Below the pieces are notes generated by a model. It saw only the letters and a program-made list of their open reading frames with translations, was not told where the DNA came from and ran no database searches. From assembly GCA_036172245.1 (NCBI GenBank), contig JAYWIR010000026.1:1364001-1428000 (forward strand): DNA of 64,000 nucleotides. Reading direction: 5' to 3'. Below, in pieces: positions 34,900-48,100 of this stretch (position 1 is its first letter; every line of letters starts with the position of its first letter). The position numbers and the translations under genes are program-made. The DNA comes from Raillietiella orientalis (Eukaryota).

Positions 34900-37160
34900 C
34901 ATCTTTCGGCGTTTCAGTGGTCAGGAACCTCCATCGAGGTGAAGAACCGCAGAGAGAGCCCACCACATGTTGGAGTCGGGTTCGAGGCGAAGAGAGACCA
35001 CCAACATTGCAGCAGCCCTCATGAGGACGGCAGCAAGGTGGCCTCATCTTCCAGAATTCACCAAGGGGATCACCGCCATCATCCAGAGCCGCTTCCAGAA
35101 GAAAAGGAACGTCTTCAACCAAAGACCTCCTGTCCCCACCTCATTATCTTTTTTTTTTTCATTTATTTATTGTTCCCTCCTTCCCGCTTCAAACTTCCCT
35201 GAAAGTTGGCCTACGTGGCGGTGGTCATCCAGGGATTTCCCCAATGAACTTTTTGTTTTTTTCTGACATCTCTTGCATTTCAAGGATGCCGTTCCCCTCT
35301 GATTTGTGGTTCATTTTTCTTAAAGTGAACGTCCCAGCGTGACCGGGTGCAGACTCAGGGATGGCCAGCGTCCCTAAAGTAAGGAACAGTTGGAGTTGCG
35401 AGAGAGTTGGACGGATGTGGGGCTTTGCAGGAGCCTCCTCCATCTTCCGGAGAGGTGAACCCTCCTAAAACAAGGTAGACTAGGAGCCCAAGGAAGTCTC
35501 ACATCACCGCAGTACTTCGTTCCAAACCTTCCTCTGTAGCACTGGAGAGTGACAGATGCGTTTCCGCGTCCAGCGCAGACTGGCCTCGAGAGGGCAATCC
35601 CTAAAGTCCCCGTTCGGAACCCCAGTAGGCTCTGTGGCAGAAAAATCTCCGATCCTGAAGCTCCTTTGTACGTCTCCGCATGACCTGCATCTCCGCCTTC
35701 GCAACGCACTGGCCATTTTTTCATGTCCCGGATTGGATTCGTCTCTGGGACGCATCTGCGCTCAGCGGCGCATCCGAAACCGAGCGCGCTGCCTCCCATC
35801 TTTCTCCCTTACTTGGTGGAACGGGCCGCGGTGTGGAGCACTTTCGTAGCCCCCTGCTTTTTATTTCCCCCACCACCAGCAGCAGAGCACATGAGGAAAC
35901 GGACAAAGGACCTCCTTAGGATCTCCCCATGGGGAGGCGAGAGGTCCCGAGTTCGCCTACAGTGCTCCTCGTCTGGACGGCGGGCTCGGACCCCTGACGC
36001 TGAAGCGAGTGAAGCCGCAGCCCCAATTTCGGAAGCTCTCCCTGTGGCGAAGTTGTGGAGAGCTACCTGGTGCGAACCTGCTCTCCTCCTCGTCCAGCAG
36101 CCCACCAGCAGCGTGGAACTCGCGTCCTTTCTTGAGAGCCATCCACACAGTTTTTCCCACTGCGGACTGCAGCCCCGGTGGGCAACTACCAGAATGACCA
36201 GGAGGAACAGCTGGATCTCCTGTCTCCCCGCGAACAGTAGTGCCTGGTTGCAGGAAACCGTTAGCGCGTAGGTGAACAACAACCAGCGAAACCCGGAACA
36301 GGCACAACGAATTTTCTACTGTTTCTATAGCAACTGCTCGCTCCAGGAGATCGTCGAACATCCCACGAAGAGTGCGTGGACTCGCAGAACCTTCCTTGAG
36401 GCAGCGCTGCCCTCTGTGAGGGAGCATATGGACAGCAGAATTCTGCCTAGATGGGAAGTCTTCGTGGAGATCTCCACAGGGACAAAAAGACTGAGTGTGG
36501 ACGACGGGTCAGCTCACGAGCGCTTAGAAATCCCGAGTGCCCCACCTCAAGGACTTCTGAGCTGGGACGAGCTGCGGGGGATATTCCGGTGGAAAGTCTG
36601 CAGTGACCTCCATGCTCTTGGACACACGCACCCTCTCACTAAAGTGGCAAGAGTCGGCGTTGATGAAGCTGCAGTGGGGTCTCCCGTGGAATGCCGCCGG
36701 CATCACTGGACCCGGGGGTGTGCGAACCCGAACTGTGCCTGGTGAAGGGAGCGCGAATCTCTCCCGCACATGCTTGCAGATTGTATTCTCCTCCAGCCTC
36801 TCTGAAATAGCTTTGCTGCGACCCTGGGAACCCTCGGCGGCAAATCCAGGGACGCTTTGAGCCCCCTCTTCCCGTACACGAGTCTCTTCGGCTGGCAGCT
36901 TCGCTAGCAGCTCTCTGCTGTCTACGCGGGATTGTGGCTGCCTCGGGCGACGAAAGAGGACCGAGAGACAGGGCTGCCACATCCACTCTGCTGTTCGCTT
37001 CATGAGGATGGCAACAAGATGAGTCCCACCTGAAGAGCAGCGTCCAACAAGAACTTGCCGGCATTCTTGAAAGCATGCAGAGGACCTCCCTCAGCAGAAC
37101 ACGATCCCTTCTCGCACCCCACCCCAAATTTGTTTATTTTATTTGTGTTTCTTTTTGTAT
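34900..37160 (+). mobile_element. Decayed L1/Tx1-like LINE ORF2 (RT start to C-terminal CCHC zinc knuckle and T-rich 3' tail)
   Basis: LPEFTKGITAII..KK..NQRP (~35050); NCAW*RERESLPHMLADCILLQPL*NSFAATL (36731-36825), which aligns with the copy at 56.5 kb; T-rich tail at ~37128-37160. Confidence 0.65.
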
Positions 37161-37739
37161 GCTCCCTCCCCTCTGCTTCCGTGGCCAACCTCGCCGGTCT
37201 GCGAACCGGTTACCTGGCAGGTTCTCCCTGAAATAGCGTAATTAGACCACTGCTCCTACCACAGAAATCGTAAATGTTTATTTTTTTTTTAGTAAATAAC
37301 CCCTCACCCTCTCATCCCCTCAACGAACCCGGGTGACAGCTATCTTTCGCCCTCAGGAAAAAAGGTTTTCGTCTTGGGGGGCCCCTCGGAAGAAACTGCC
37401 GCTTTCATCCAGGCAAAGGCGCCACGCAGATGCGCGCCACAACCTTGAAAGTTCCCCGTTCGTGCTGGAGCTCTTGCCGCCGCGCGCCCTTCCTCTTTGT
37501 TGTGATTTCGTGCACCCGGAGACACTCTGGACCATTTTTTCCTTTTTTTTGGGCGCACACGCCTCTTTCCGGGTTAAGATTTTCTGCTGCGGATGCTTAG
37601 AAGATCCAGATGCATCCTCTTCAATTCTCTCCCTCCCCTCACATACACTAAAAAAAAAAAAAAACAGTCAATACCATTCGTTGCTTCAGAGAGATGTCTA
37701 GGGAGGAACGTGTACCGGTGTACCGTTGCTAAGAACTGA

Positions 37740-39300
37740 GCACTGCGTGATGCGCAGCTGATGCATCCAAGCCATCGAGAAAAATCGACTTCCTAAGAGA
37801 CCCCTCTGTGCATCCAGTCGAGGCGCTCTTGGTGGACCCTGACACGCAGGAAATCCCTTCAAGAGGAATTCCACTTGTGCGGAGCTGCTTCGCCCGCCAT
37901 AGCAGTCTGAGCCTTCATCCTCGAGGCAGATCAGTCGTGAAGCGTTGGGAACCCTCATGGCCGACACCCCTGGTGGATCTTCGTGGAAGACCTACAGATG
38001 TCGCAGGTTTGAAATTGTCAGCTGGAAGAGGAGGTGTCCGTGACCTGTATTGTCCTACTAGTCTCAGTGCCCACCAGCACCACAATCCGGGAATGTTCCA
38101 TAGAAAGGGGGAGGAACGCGTCCTTCCTCTGATGAGGATCCCGTTACCAGAACAGCGTTTGCTGAGTCTCCGAAACATCAAGCAGCTTCCTTCCTCTGCG
38201 GGTGCCATCCGTGGAAGAGAAAGGCATCCGACAGGCACACTGTATGCACATTCCGTTCCACCTTTCGATGGGTCTTCCGGGCTACTCACTTTTGCCTCAG
38301 GACGGCCTCTGTTTCTCAGTTCTTGTTAGTTCCATGTGAGTGGTTCTTCCCGTAAAACGCTTCTTTGCTTGGTGGGATACCTCGTTGTCCCACGCACACC
38401 CCTATGCTGGAGCACAGCACGTTTGCTCTGGATCCCATCCTTTGATTTGGTGAAAGGGATCTTTTTAAACAAAGCCTGTTCTTCCGAGGACAGCGATGCT
38501 CCTGCAAGAGGAGCAATGATGCTCTTCCAAAAGAACTCTAGTGCGTCTTCTGCTAGGATGGCCGATTGACTTTTTTTCATTTCGTCCCCATCCCTTCCTT
38601 CCTGTCACTGTCCATCTTATCCTTTCCTGCTCTTCCGTATGTTCCGTTTCAGAGTACTTCCGAACGCAGACGCCGCCTCCCGTTTCGCCCGTGACCGGAC
38701 CTCTCCCGAAAGTGGATGAAGTCTCTTAGCATTTCCTTGGAAACTTGAAGATCCCAGGTCTGATGATGGACGTCTCCGTTCTCCCTCTCTACCGCCAGCA
38801 GACTGTCATCTCGCTGGTGGCAAAGAGGAAGAACGTCGACTGTCATCTTGCTGGTGCTCTGCCCGATAATGTGGAACGTGGCCACGCCTCATCGGGGAGG
38901 GTTTCCAGCTAGTGTCCTCACTGCAGTATCGTGGAGGCACTTCCTCACGCGCTTCTCGAGTGTGAAAAGCTATCTCAAGGGTGGGAGACCCCGTATAAGA
39001 TGCTGAACCACCTCACGCTCTCGACGCCGCCCCGCAGCACCCGTCCAAAGCCAGTTCTCCCCTCCAGCCTTATCGATCGCCTCTTCTCTGGAGATTCTCT
39101 GTGCTGTGTGCGAGCACGCTGACCTCCAAAACGGTGGAAGAGTGTGGCCGTCGTCCCAGAGAGCCGTTTGCAAGATCTCCGTCGCCCGCATGCGGAGGGT
39201 GACAGCACGCAGCAATGCAGGACGTGAGGTTCAAGGGAACCTTCGGACGGTTGTGGGCGGACCGACACGATACAGGCGAGCTCATCCTCCGCCCCTCCCT
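37740..39300 (+). mobile_element. Decayed L1/Tx1-like LINE 3' portion
   Basis: SSRGALGGP (~37815); HLAGALPD..*CPHCSIVEALPHALLECEKLSQGW (38845-38985), a CX2CX7HX4C knuckle followed by W, typical of zf-RVT. Confidence 0.65.
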
Positions 39301-42300
39301 TAACCGGCGCAGACCCTTAGGAACCACGCCGGTTGACTCAGGGGCGGTCCATCCCATTTTTTTTTAATGATTGATTACTTGTCCCTCCTTCCTCTCCCTC
39401 CACTTCTCTCTAGCCTTCTCTCTAGTCCCTGTGGGTACTAACCAACACGTGTCGATGTCTTTGGTTTATGTTTGTTTTAGATGAGCGGCCTGCCTGCATT
39501 TGGAATGAGAAGGTCCCTGGACCTAGGTATCCCTTCAGGTCGGGAGCAAGGCAGAGTCTCCTGACGAAGCTGGACGAGCCCGCGAGACTGTGGTTGCCGC
39601 GATCTCGACGAGCAAGCGAGAGAAGACCCAAAACGAAGAGCTCGCAACGAGGGAAGGGCGGATCGCAAGCGGAAGACGAAGACTGCGGGCATCCTTGGAC
39701 GCAGCGGAGCGGAGCGGAGGTGCGGCGGCGTTCCTCTGGATGGGCGGGTGGCAACAAAGGAGCCGAGGAGCCAGATGGTCCTCGCACCCTTCGCCGCACG
39801 GCGCTTCTGCCACTGCAGAGATCCTCAGCAGGCAGCCTTGACAGCAGGTGGGAGCTGGTCCGACAGATGGCGATCCCCTCCTCCCCTCACTCTGCCCCGC
39901 GTCTCCCGGGAGGAAGCTCCCAGAGAATCCGGCAGACGACGCAGTGGGATCTTGGCGACCAACTCCAACCGGCCCGCGCGTGGCCACTCTGAACCGCCTC
40001 CGAAATCTACCGGGCATCCCATCCGCTTTAGCACGGGCTGCGTCTACGCGGACCCAGGTGGCGCGCCACCTGCCTCCCGAGCCGTAAAAAAAAAAGAAAG
40101 AAAGAAAAAAGACCGCTTATGGTTTCCATAGAGCGTTTCGTGGAATCTTTGAGTGCTGGACCGAAGGATCGGGAGGCCCCGAAGGTGCTGACAAGAAAAA
40201 CCACCTCAGAAGCCTGCAATTAAGCCGGGATGGTGCGTTTCCGCTCGGATCGCCAGTCCGTCACTTCGGAGGAGGACGCAGAGGTCACGGAACAAAAAAA
40301 GAAAAGGAAAGCAACGAATTTCGGCAGACGGGAAATTTCCAGGCCAGACGAGTGGATGAGGATGATGGATGGTAGCTGCTCCGGGTCTCTGTAATCATCC
40401 TCAAGGGAACCCACCGTCTGATGCGGGTCCGCTCTCGAGCTCTCTTCCTCCATCCGTCATGACCCTCGCAACGCGATGGATGAATTTTTTTCCTCCTCCC
40501 TCACCCGCCCCATATGAATGACCCGTACCTTCCTTGTGGGACCTTTGCCTTGCCGATGGTCCATGTAACCCCGCAACCATCGTAAGCAGAGAACGCCTGG
40601 GACCTTTGAACCTCAGTGACACTGGGCAGGTCTTGCGTCCTGTTGGAGAGCATCGCCCGAGAGCTCCCTTCCTCTCCATGAACTGCTTGAACTCTCCCTG
40701 GCACTTGTTGTTGGGTACCCTGTAAATCTCAGAAGAGAACTAGGAGTCTCATCGAGAACAAAACGTTCAGGGAATTCGGCTATCCCGTCTATTTCCAAAG
40801 CTCCTCCTCCTATGTATCTTTTCTCTTCGGCATCATCTTAGATTCAGCTCGTTTCTGCTGCTGGACCAAGAGCCACGAAAGCCCCCAATCATCGCTACAA
40901 CCAGCCTGGTTCCATCTGTTCTCTCCTCCGTTCATCCCCCTTCCTCCTTCTCCTTTCTTCTTCTGCTTCTTCTTCCTTCGTTTCTCTTCCCTCGAACCTG
41001 CGTAGAAGAACACAGTGCTACTCCACAAAGAGGCTGCTTTTCCCTTCGTAATGTGCCTCCAGCTGTCTGCTACTCCAAAGAGCTCTTCCTGCCCTCCAGC
41101 GTCGTCTCGAACACGCATCCAACCAGACTGGTCGCTTCAGAATGTATTCTAATCTCGGAAACATCCTCCTCCTCCCATCACTTTAAAGAAGGGGGGGAGC
41201 TGGCTTCGCGTTCGATGTTCGGTCCAGGGAGAGGATGCTGCATTCCTCCGAACACCTGACGAAAACAGCTGCATAGTGCCGCTCGTGGCCCGGATGGTCT
41301 TCTCCTCTTCTTCTCCCACTTCCTCCTGTAGGTGCCGGCTGTGCCGCACGCTCCACGGCCTTCGGAGGTCCGCATAAGCGTTGCGAGAGACCTCAAATTC
41401 CTGCAGAGCTCCACGACTTGTAAGCAGAACATGTAACCCCAGGAGTCAACCACTAAGGGACATGGACTGATGTCGGTGCTCTTCTGAAGAGAAGGGGCAC
41501 CGGACCCGACGTTCGCTCTCGTTCTGCTGCTCGACCACCTTTCGAAGAAGCAACATGCATCGGGGGGGAAGGGGGGGTTCCACTGGGGTTCTCAGTTCTG
41601 GAAGGAGCTCCTGGCCGACTCCGGGGCATAGAGCTGAGGAGACGCCCACGTCTGCGAAAAGCAGCCGCTGTCGAAAGGGTGGTAGGTTCCCCCGCGCAGT
41701 CACGAGGCGTGAGGCACACGAGTCCGTGCTGAAGAAAGGGTCATCTCCTGGATGGAAACCTACGAGTATAGGGCTTTGTATTAGAAAGGAGGCTCTGTAG
41801 ATGCATTCCGTACATCTTAGTCGCTATCAGACGCGTGGAAATTGTGTGTGTGTAAGTTTTGTTTTAATCTGAAAGAACGAGCCGGTACCCAGGCAACACG
41901 CATCGGGAACGTCCCATCTCGAGAGGAGGAGCCAAGAGCTGCACCCCGGATGCATGTTGGAGAACGGAAGTGCGCATGCGCACCCACTCCTCCACGGTTT
42001 GTCATGAAAGCGCCACGCAGGACCGTTCCGGTCCTCCGCCTTACACCGTGAAAGCGTTCCGAACGATGGGACCCCGAATGATGTCATCGATTGATTGGTT
42101 TGTCAGAGTCAATGCCAAACGCTGCTCAGTGCGGCGCTGAAACCCTCCGAATCTCTTCCGGCATCCCCACTTTCGGGACCGTATTTCGTCGGCTCGTCAT
42201 TGGCGACAACAAGGGGGAGGGAGAGAGGGGAAAAGGGGGGGGGGGGAAGGCGAAACTCGCGTCGCCAAACGCGCCGGAGACGACGGAAGCGTCGAGGACT

Positions 42301-43697
42301 CGGACCCGCCCGCAGCCCGGCGCGCGCAGACGGGGGAATCGCAGCGGAAAATCCCAGACACCTTACAGGTCGCGCGCGCACGTGGACGAGACGCTTCGGG
42401 AAGGGAGAGGGGAATCTCGCCCGCTCTGGAAACATCCGCTCGCAGTCGTCTCCCGCCGCTGTTTCCGCCGCGCTGCCGGCCCACGTCTGGGCGAGACGCC
42501 CGCCTCCCGCAGGCCGAGCTTTTCACGACCCGACACTTCCCGCTCCGTCCGGGGCTCACGCTGTCATGACCCGGAGGAAGCGTGGTCACTTGATTTGTGA
42601 ATTCGTTTGTTTGATCTCTCAGGAGTCTTCTGTCGCGCGGGAGCCCGGCTACGCGAACGTCCACTGAAAAGGCGGCAGCAGGTTGCCAGAATCGAACTTT
42701 TCCGTCCAAGGACTTCTATCTTCGGCACAATAAAAAAAAAAAAAAAGTCTATAAATATCCCACTTTCCGCTTCCCAGCGTTTTGATCTCTGGAATCACGA
42801 CAGAAAGAGCATTCCTCGGCATCGTAAAAACGTGCGTGCGAGCGAGCGTTTTATTTCCTGGAAAGAATGCAAATTTCGTTTTGGGTACGGATGTGTCGTT
42901 CCTGCCGAACTCATGATTGGGACGACGCATGCGCCCTCCCACTCCCTTCCAACTCTCTTATTAAAGCCCTGGCGCGATTACGCCGGAGCATGAAAAAGGA
43001 ATTATCCCGGAGACTTGGAAGGGCGATATGGAATTTCTCTTCAGGAGGGGCGTACGCGATCATTTGCTTCTCGGGCGCAATTAAAAGCGCCCGGCCCGAC
43101 TGCGCCCTACTCCCGCATGGTCTACGGTGGCGCAGCATACGGAGCCGCCAGACTCGCAGCGGGACGGACGTTTCGAAATCCTCCCTTTTCAACCCTCGCT
43201 CCCCCACTTTCCCTCCTCGATTCTCGCACGTCCGGGCAACCGGTCGCACCAGAGAGGGTGAGCAGGAAGGCGAGGAAGGGAAAGAAAAGAAAAAAAAGGG
43301 ACCGGCGGGGTCGGAAGGCGCGCCACGGTCGGAGCAGCCCTTCCGGCTTGTCCAGGGAGAGTCAGCGGAGAGAGCCGGAGGTTTCCTCCCCCGCTGTATA
43401 AGGAACACCCCTCTGCCGGGATGAGGCGTAGTGGAGGATCAGGAGCGAAGAGCGCTTCCCACTCCCGTTCCGAACGTGCGCGAATGGACTCGCCTGCAGG
43501 TTTCAAACACTGGCAGCCGCAGAGAACTCAGTTAGGATGCGGCGTCCCAGGAGATTTTGCCAGAGATGTCACCTCTCCAGCTCGGCTCTTCCCACCCTGC
43601 CTTCGAAACTGAACCGCGACTCCAGCAGCAGGCTCCTCACTCAGTCTCTTCTATTCCCCCCACCCTTCTAGGATCGGCGTATGCGAGGTCACAAGAG

Positions 43698-43808
43698 TCC
43701 TCCTCCTTCTCTTCCTCTTCTTCCCCCTCTTTTTCTTCTTCTTTTTCTTCTTCTTCCCATTCTTCCCCCTCCTCCTTCCCTTCCTCTTCCTCCTCCTCTT
43801 CTTCCTCC
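43698..43808. repeat. ~110-bp polypyrimidine/polypurine low-complexity tract
   Basis: Almost entirely C/T on the + strand. Confidence 0.9.
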
Positions 43809-43899
43809 GCATGCATTGTCGTCTCCGTCGCCATCACCATCGGAGCCATCTTCAGAGGTGTCCTTGTGCACCCACAGTGCAAGGGAGGCCATCCAGCTC

Positions 43900-44400
43900 G
43901 GAAATTTCTCACCACTTACCGTGTGCAGTTTTCGAAAGCGTGCGACTGGCCCTCGAAAGGCGGTTCTGGAAAAGCAAATTCCAGGCGAGCATCCCACTTG
44001 GTCCATGAGTCCTCCAGGCACGCTTCCCAGAAAGTTTTACTGAACGGGCTTTTCCGTGCCGGATTGCAGGAGTGCCACTCGCCTGAGGTGAACAAGCAGA
44101 ACTTTTGCGATTAGCAAGGGCCGACATGAACAGGCCCAAACAAAAGGGACGAATCCCCCCACTCCGGAAGGGGGATGGGAGGATGGGCAATACACATTCC
44201 CTAAATAAATAGGAAATGTGTATCCCTCTATGAGCTCAGGTGGAAAGTTCTGGAGTTTTCTTCCCTCGCGGATCCTCTGCCCTAGCGAGCCGGGCTGCGA
44301 GCGAACGGACTCGAGTCTTCCGTCGTCTCCGGAGCGCGTCTTCAGACGCACTCCGGAGCGATTCCGATGGCCTTTGTCGCGCAAGGACAACATAGGGGAG
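43900..44400 (-). mobile_element. Decayed APE-endonuclease fragment of an L1/Tx1-like LINE
   Basis: SGV..DDGRL, IYLGNVYCP (like NVYAP) and AWRTHGP (like D.WR..HP) in order, across frameshifts. Confidence 0.5.
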
Positions 44401-44479
44401 GAGGCATCCGTTCACTGGTTCCAAACTAGCCTGACCACAGCAGACCTGAATCTCCCTTAAACCTGGACTGAACCATTCC

Positions 44480-45100
44480 ATGGCCCTTCGTATTTAGCGA
44501 ATGAAAACGGCTGCCCGGGATGACGGGCACTCTTCCTCCATCGTGGTGAACATCGTTTCCCGAACGTGGCGCAGGATTGCAGCGATCATTCTGGAGAGGC
44601 GAACCTTCTTCCAAGTATGTCCTGAGGGGGTGCTGCTCATCCATTCCTTCTGAAGCTCCTGGGAACATCCTAGAAGCATTTCCTGAATAGTTTCCATCGT
44701 CCCGCAGCGGGTACATCCCTTGAAGAGGCTTCCCACTGAGAAATGATGGCGTTCCTCACTTCGAAGGGGTCCCAACGGACTGGCAAGATGGCCGCGAGCT
44801 GATGGTAGCGGAGCGGAAGAGCAGGGTTGTCGATAGGGCAGTCCAAGATCTCGAAGATTCCCACGTGGGACTCCGAGAAACTCGATCCCTATCTGCAGTC
44901 CCTAAGCGAGGTCTTTGGACGTGGCTCCGTGCTCCAGCCGAGGCACTTTTTTTCTGAACTAACTGTTGTCTTCGGTGTTCTTGAGGAAGTTGTGCTGCAC
45001 GGCGAGGCGCTCCTCGTGGAGGAATTTTCCCGGCGGTCGCGGCTGCATCCCGGCGGCGGCCCTCTCGGGCCTCTTGTCTTCGGGCTGCATCTTCAGCGTG
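44480..45100 (-). mobile_element. Decayed L1/Tx1-like LINE 3' fragment (zinc-knuckle region)
   Basis: YHQLAAILPVR followed, after a frameshift, by CTRCGTMETIQEMLLGC..EW (44715-44665); the His is lost. Confidence 0.55.
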
Positions 45101-48100
45101 TTTACCTACTTCGAGACAAGGAAGCCAGGCACGCGAGGCTTGCGACGGCTCTGTCTTCGCGTTCAAGGTCGACGCGTTTTCGCCCACCTTCCCAGTTCCT
45201 TTGTTTCCCCAGGATGCGGAAAATCAAGCGAGGAAGGCGAGAAACCGCTGCAAGGAGGTGGCGCTCGTCCGAAAGGGGGGGGGGGGGAAGGGCATTCTCA
45301 AATCTTCCTGATCAACGTTCGCATTTCATTGTTCTGGTTCTCGAAGAAGCAGCCTCGAAGGCACGCACTTTAAGAGAAGGCGGCAAGAAGGCGGGAAAAG
45401 CTCAGTTTCTTTCCTGGGGTAGATAAACAGGTGCGCCTCGGCGGCATTCGCGGCGAAAGAGACTTGGGAGACGCATCGACCAAGAGAGGATCTGAGGACA
45501 CGAGAAAAGGGAAATCTCTTTCGCCGGCGGTAGTCACGGCAGACACCTGCCAGGTGACCTTTACGAATAGCCTCCGGATCGAAATCGACCCGATGGAATC
45601 GCGTTTATCGGTGCTGCCGGAAAGACGGGAATGCGGCCCGTACCGAATCGACGGGTGAAGAGGACAGCAAGGAGAGGAACGGACGAGGGAGGCGGCTCTT
45701 CGGAAACCTGGCTGCCGTAAGAAGCAGTAGCGAGGGGGCTGGAAGCCGAACACGGATTCCGGAGGCGCTGATCTTCTCAATCCTTGGTTCTGATGCCTGC
45801 GATTCATGGAGCTGATTCTTAGACGCCTGAAAGAAAACCTCCGGCTTTCTGGAGAGACGAAGAAAACACTGACCAAGAGGCTGCGAATTCCAATGGGTTG
45901 CAAAACGAAGGATTCCAGGGGAAGCGAACCTTTTTTCGCAAGAAGCGGGCTGGAACTAGTCTGGACGAGACTCCTGCTACCTCGCTTAGTGGACCCCGCA
46001 TCTTAGGATGCAGAAGAAACTGGCAGCATCATCCACCAGCGAAACAGACGCAAAGATGAGCAGCGAAAGGAGAACCAACACACGTTCGTAAAAGGAAGCT
46101 GCGAACCTCCGATGAAGAAGTCCACCGACACAAGGTGGGCTCTTCCAATCTGAGCTGCCCCTGTGGAAGCGAAGACCTCTGCCTCGGTTTATCCTCAGGG
46201 CACCATTTGCTCCACGCGAACAGAAGAATGAAGCGAACTCTCCGCAGGCGATTTCGAATCTCCGAACCTCGCTCTAGAGAGCGGGAAACTGAGAAAGCAA
46301 CACATAGAAAAGAGGAAGACGCTATTTGAAGAAAAGAGGAACCTGGAGAGAGTTCCGTACTACTGCGGTCCTAGGCGATGCCAGAAGATAGGCAATGCTT
46401 CCGTTTCACGAGTAGCAGGAGTCCCTGCTGTCGCACGAAGGCCTCGTTGCGAAGCAAAGAGGAGGGAGCTGCAGTTGAGATCTTCAAGAGAGAGAGACAA
46501 GAAGGAAGGAAGAGCAGTTTTTTTCTTGCTTGTCCCCTCAACGAGAACAGAGAGATGACTTATGGCAGTTGCTACCCACCAAAAGGAGAGGCGGAAAGCA
46601 GGACGCGCTACTGCTTTCCATTATTCTCCCCTAGAGTCTCCTTCCACCTCCAGTGAGCCAGCTGCTAATAGGACTTCCTGGAGACCAGGATGACCGCTAT
46701 TTCAGTGCAGTGGCCTGCATACGGCGGTTCCTATGGAGTTCTCCTCACAACTCAGAAAAGCGGTGCAACTATCCAGCCTGAAAGCCGAGGTTGTTTCAGG
46801 CGACAACGCTTTGTGCTGAGGCATCGAGTTCGGTCGATGCGGGAAAGACAGCAAGAGAAGAGAGGTAGGGCAGCTGGAGAGGAAACGATTCTGAAAGGAA
46901 GATTCCTCTCTCTCGGCTGATAAATGGAGCAGGAAATCGCCCTCGCCATCTCCAAGCGGTCTCAAGAGTGGTCGGAAGAAGGAAGCCGAGAATTCAGCAG
47001 TGATCCTTGGAGAGGGGGGGGAAGCATCCAATAACCGAGAAGCGCGACTCTGACGTGGAAGAAAGCAACTACTCTGCTGTTATGCTGCTTTTTGAACTCT
47101 CAGTCTCGGATTTCGCTCTCTCTTCATGAGATGCAGGCATTCCTTTTCCGGCTCTCTGATGGAACAGCAAGCCGTTTACACTTGACCAGCGTTTAGATTT
47201 CTGAAGTCTGCACGAGGATTTTCCTGGAAATCAGCAAGTGCTTTCTCGGAAGACCTTTCCTTTCCACTCTTGCAGCCTACAAGGCTGCAAGAATCGAAAC
47301 GTGGGCAGCTGCTTCCTGTCCCAGAAACTACCCATCCCAGCTGAACGCACTCAGATTCCCAGTCGGACGTGCTCCCCATCCCAGCGAGCTGGGACTCCAG
47401 CGCTGCTGCGAGCCCGTCATCACTCTTCAGCAGGTCCATCAGAACCATCAGCAGGATGGTTCTGCTGGACTCGCGAGATCCTGAAATTCTGGACGAGCTC
47501 GTGAATCGTTCTGGTTGCGATAGCAACTGAAGGACTTTGGAAGATCTGGCTCGGAGGTTGTCTCCGAACCTTCTTCATCCCGACGGAAAGTTTATTCGCA
47601 ACATCCCCAGCTAGAATCAACAAGCTGAGGAGTAGGAAATGGAATGCCATGGAATAGACTCTCTCGGTATCATCTTCTGTGCGGGCCATCTGGCAGTGTT
47701 AGGAGACACACCAGTGCACACCAGAGGCGGCGTACACGCTGAGAATCAAGAGTGTAGGCACCCAGAAGAACGGTGCCGGCAAGCCTCTCATATCAAATTC
47801 ACACAGGCATGTGGTACATTCAGCAGGGAGAGAGGATGCTCGCGTAATCAAAGTGTTTTTTTCGCGCCTTCTCTTCTTCGAGGGGAGCAAAAAGTGAAAG
47901 TTTGTTGTCTGATGCAATGGTCTTCTTCGAATCTCACAGTGAGTCACGAAACAGCTAAAAGACCTTAATGGTCGGAATAAGACGGCAGTTTCCGGTGGTT
48001 AGTCACGTAGACGATGAAGGACTTGGACGCGAGGGTAGAGCGATTCAGTGACGAACTCCGGTTCCGGGAGCAAAATTCGGATATCCCTGTCTGAAGAAGC

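Noticed and set aside
43637..43915. Poly-Glu ORF on the minus strand
   Set aside because: Translation of a purine-rich low-complexity tract.
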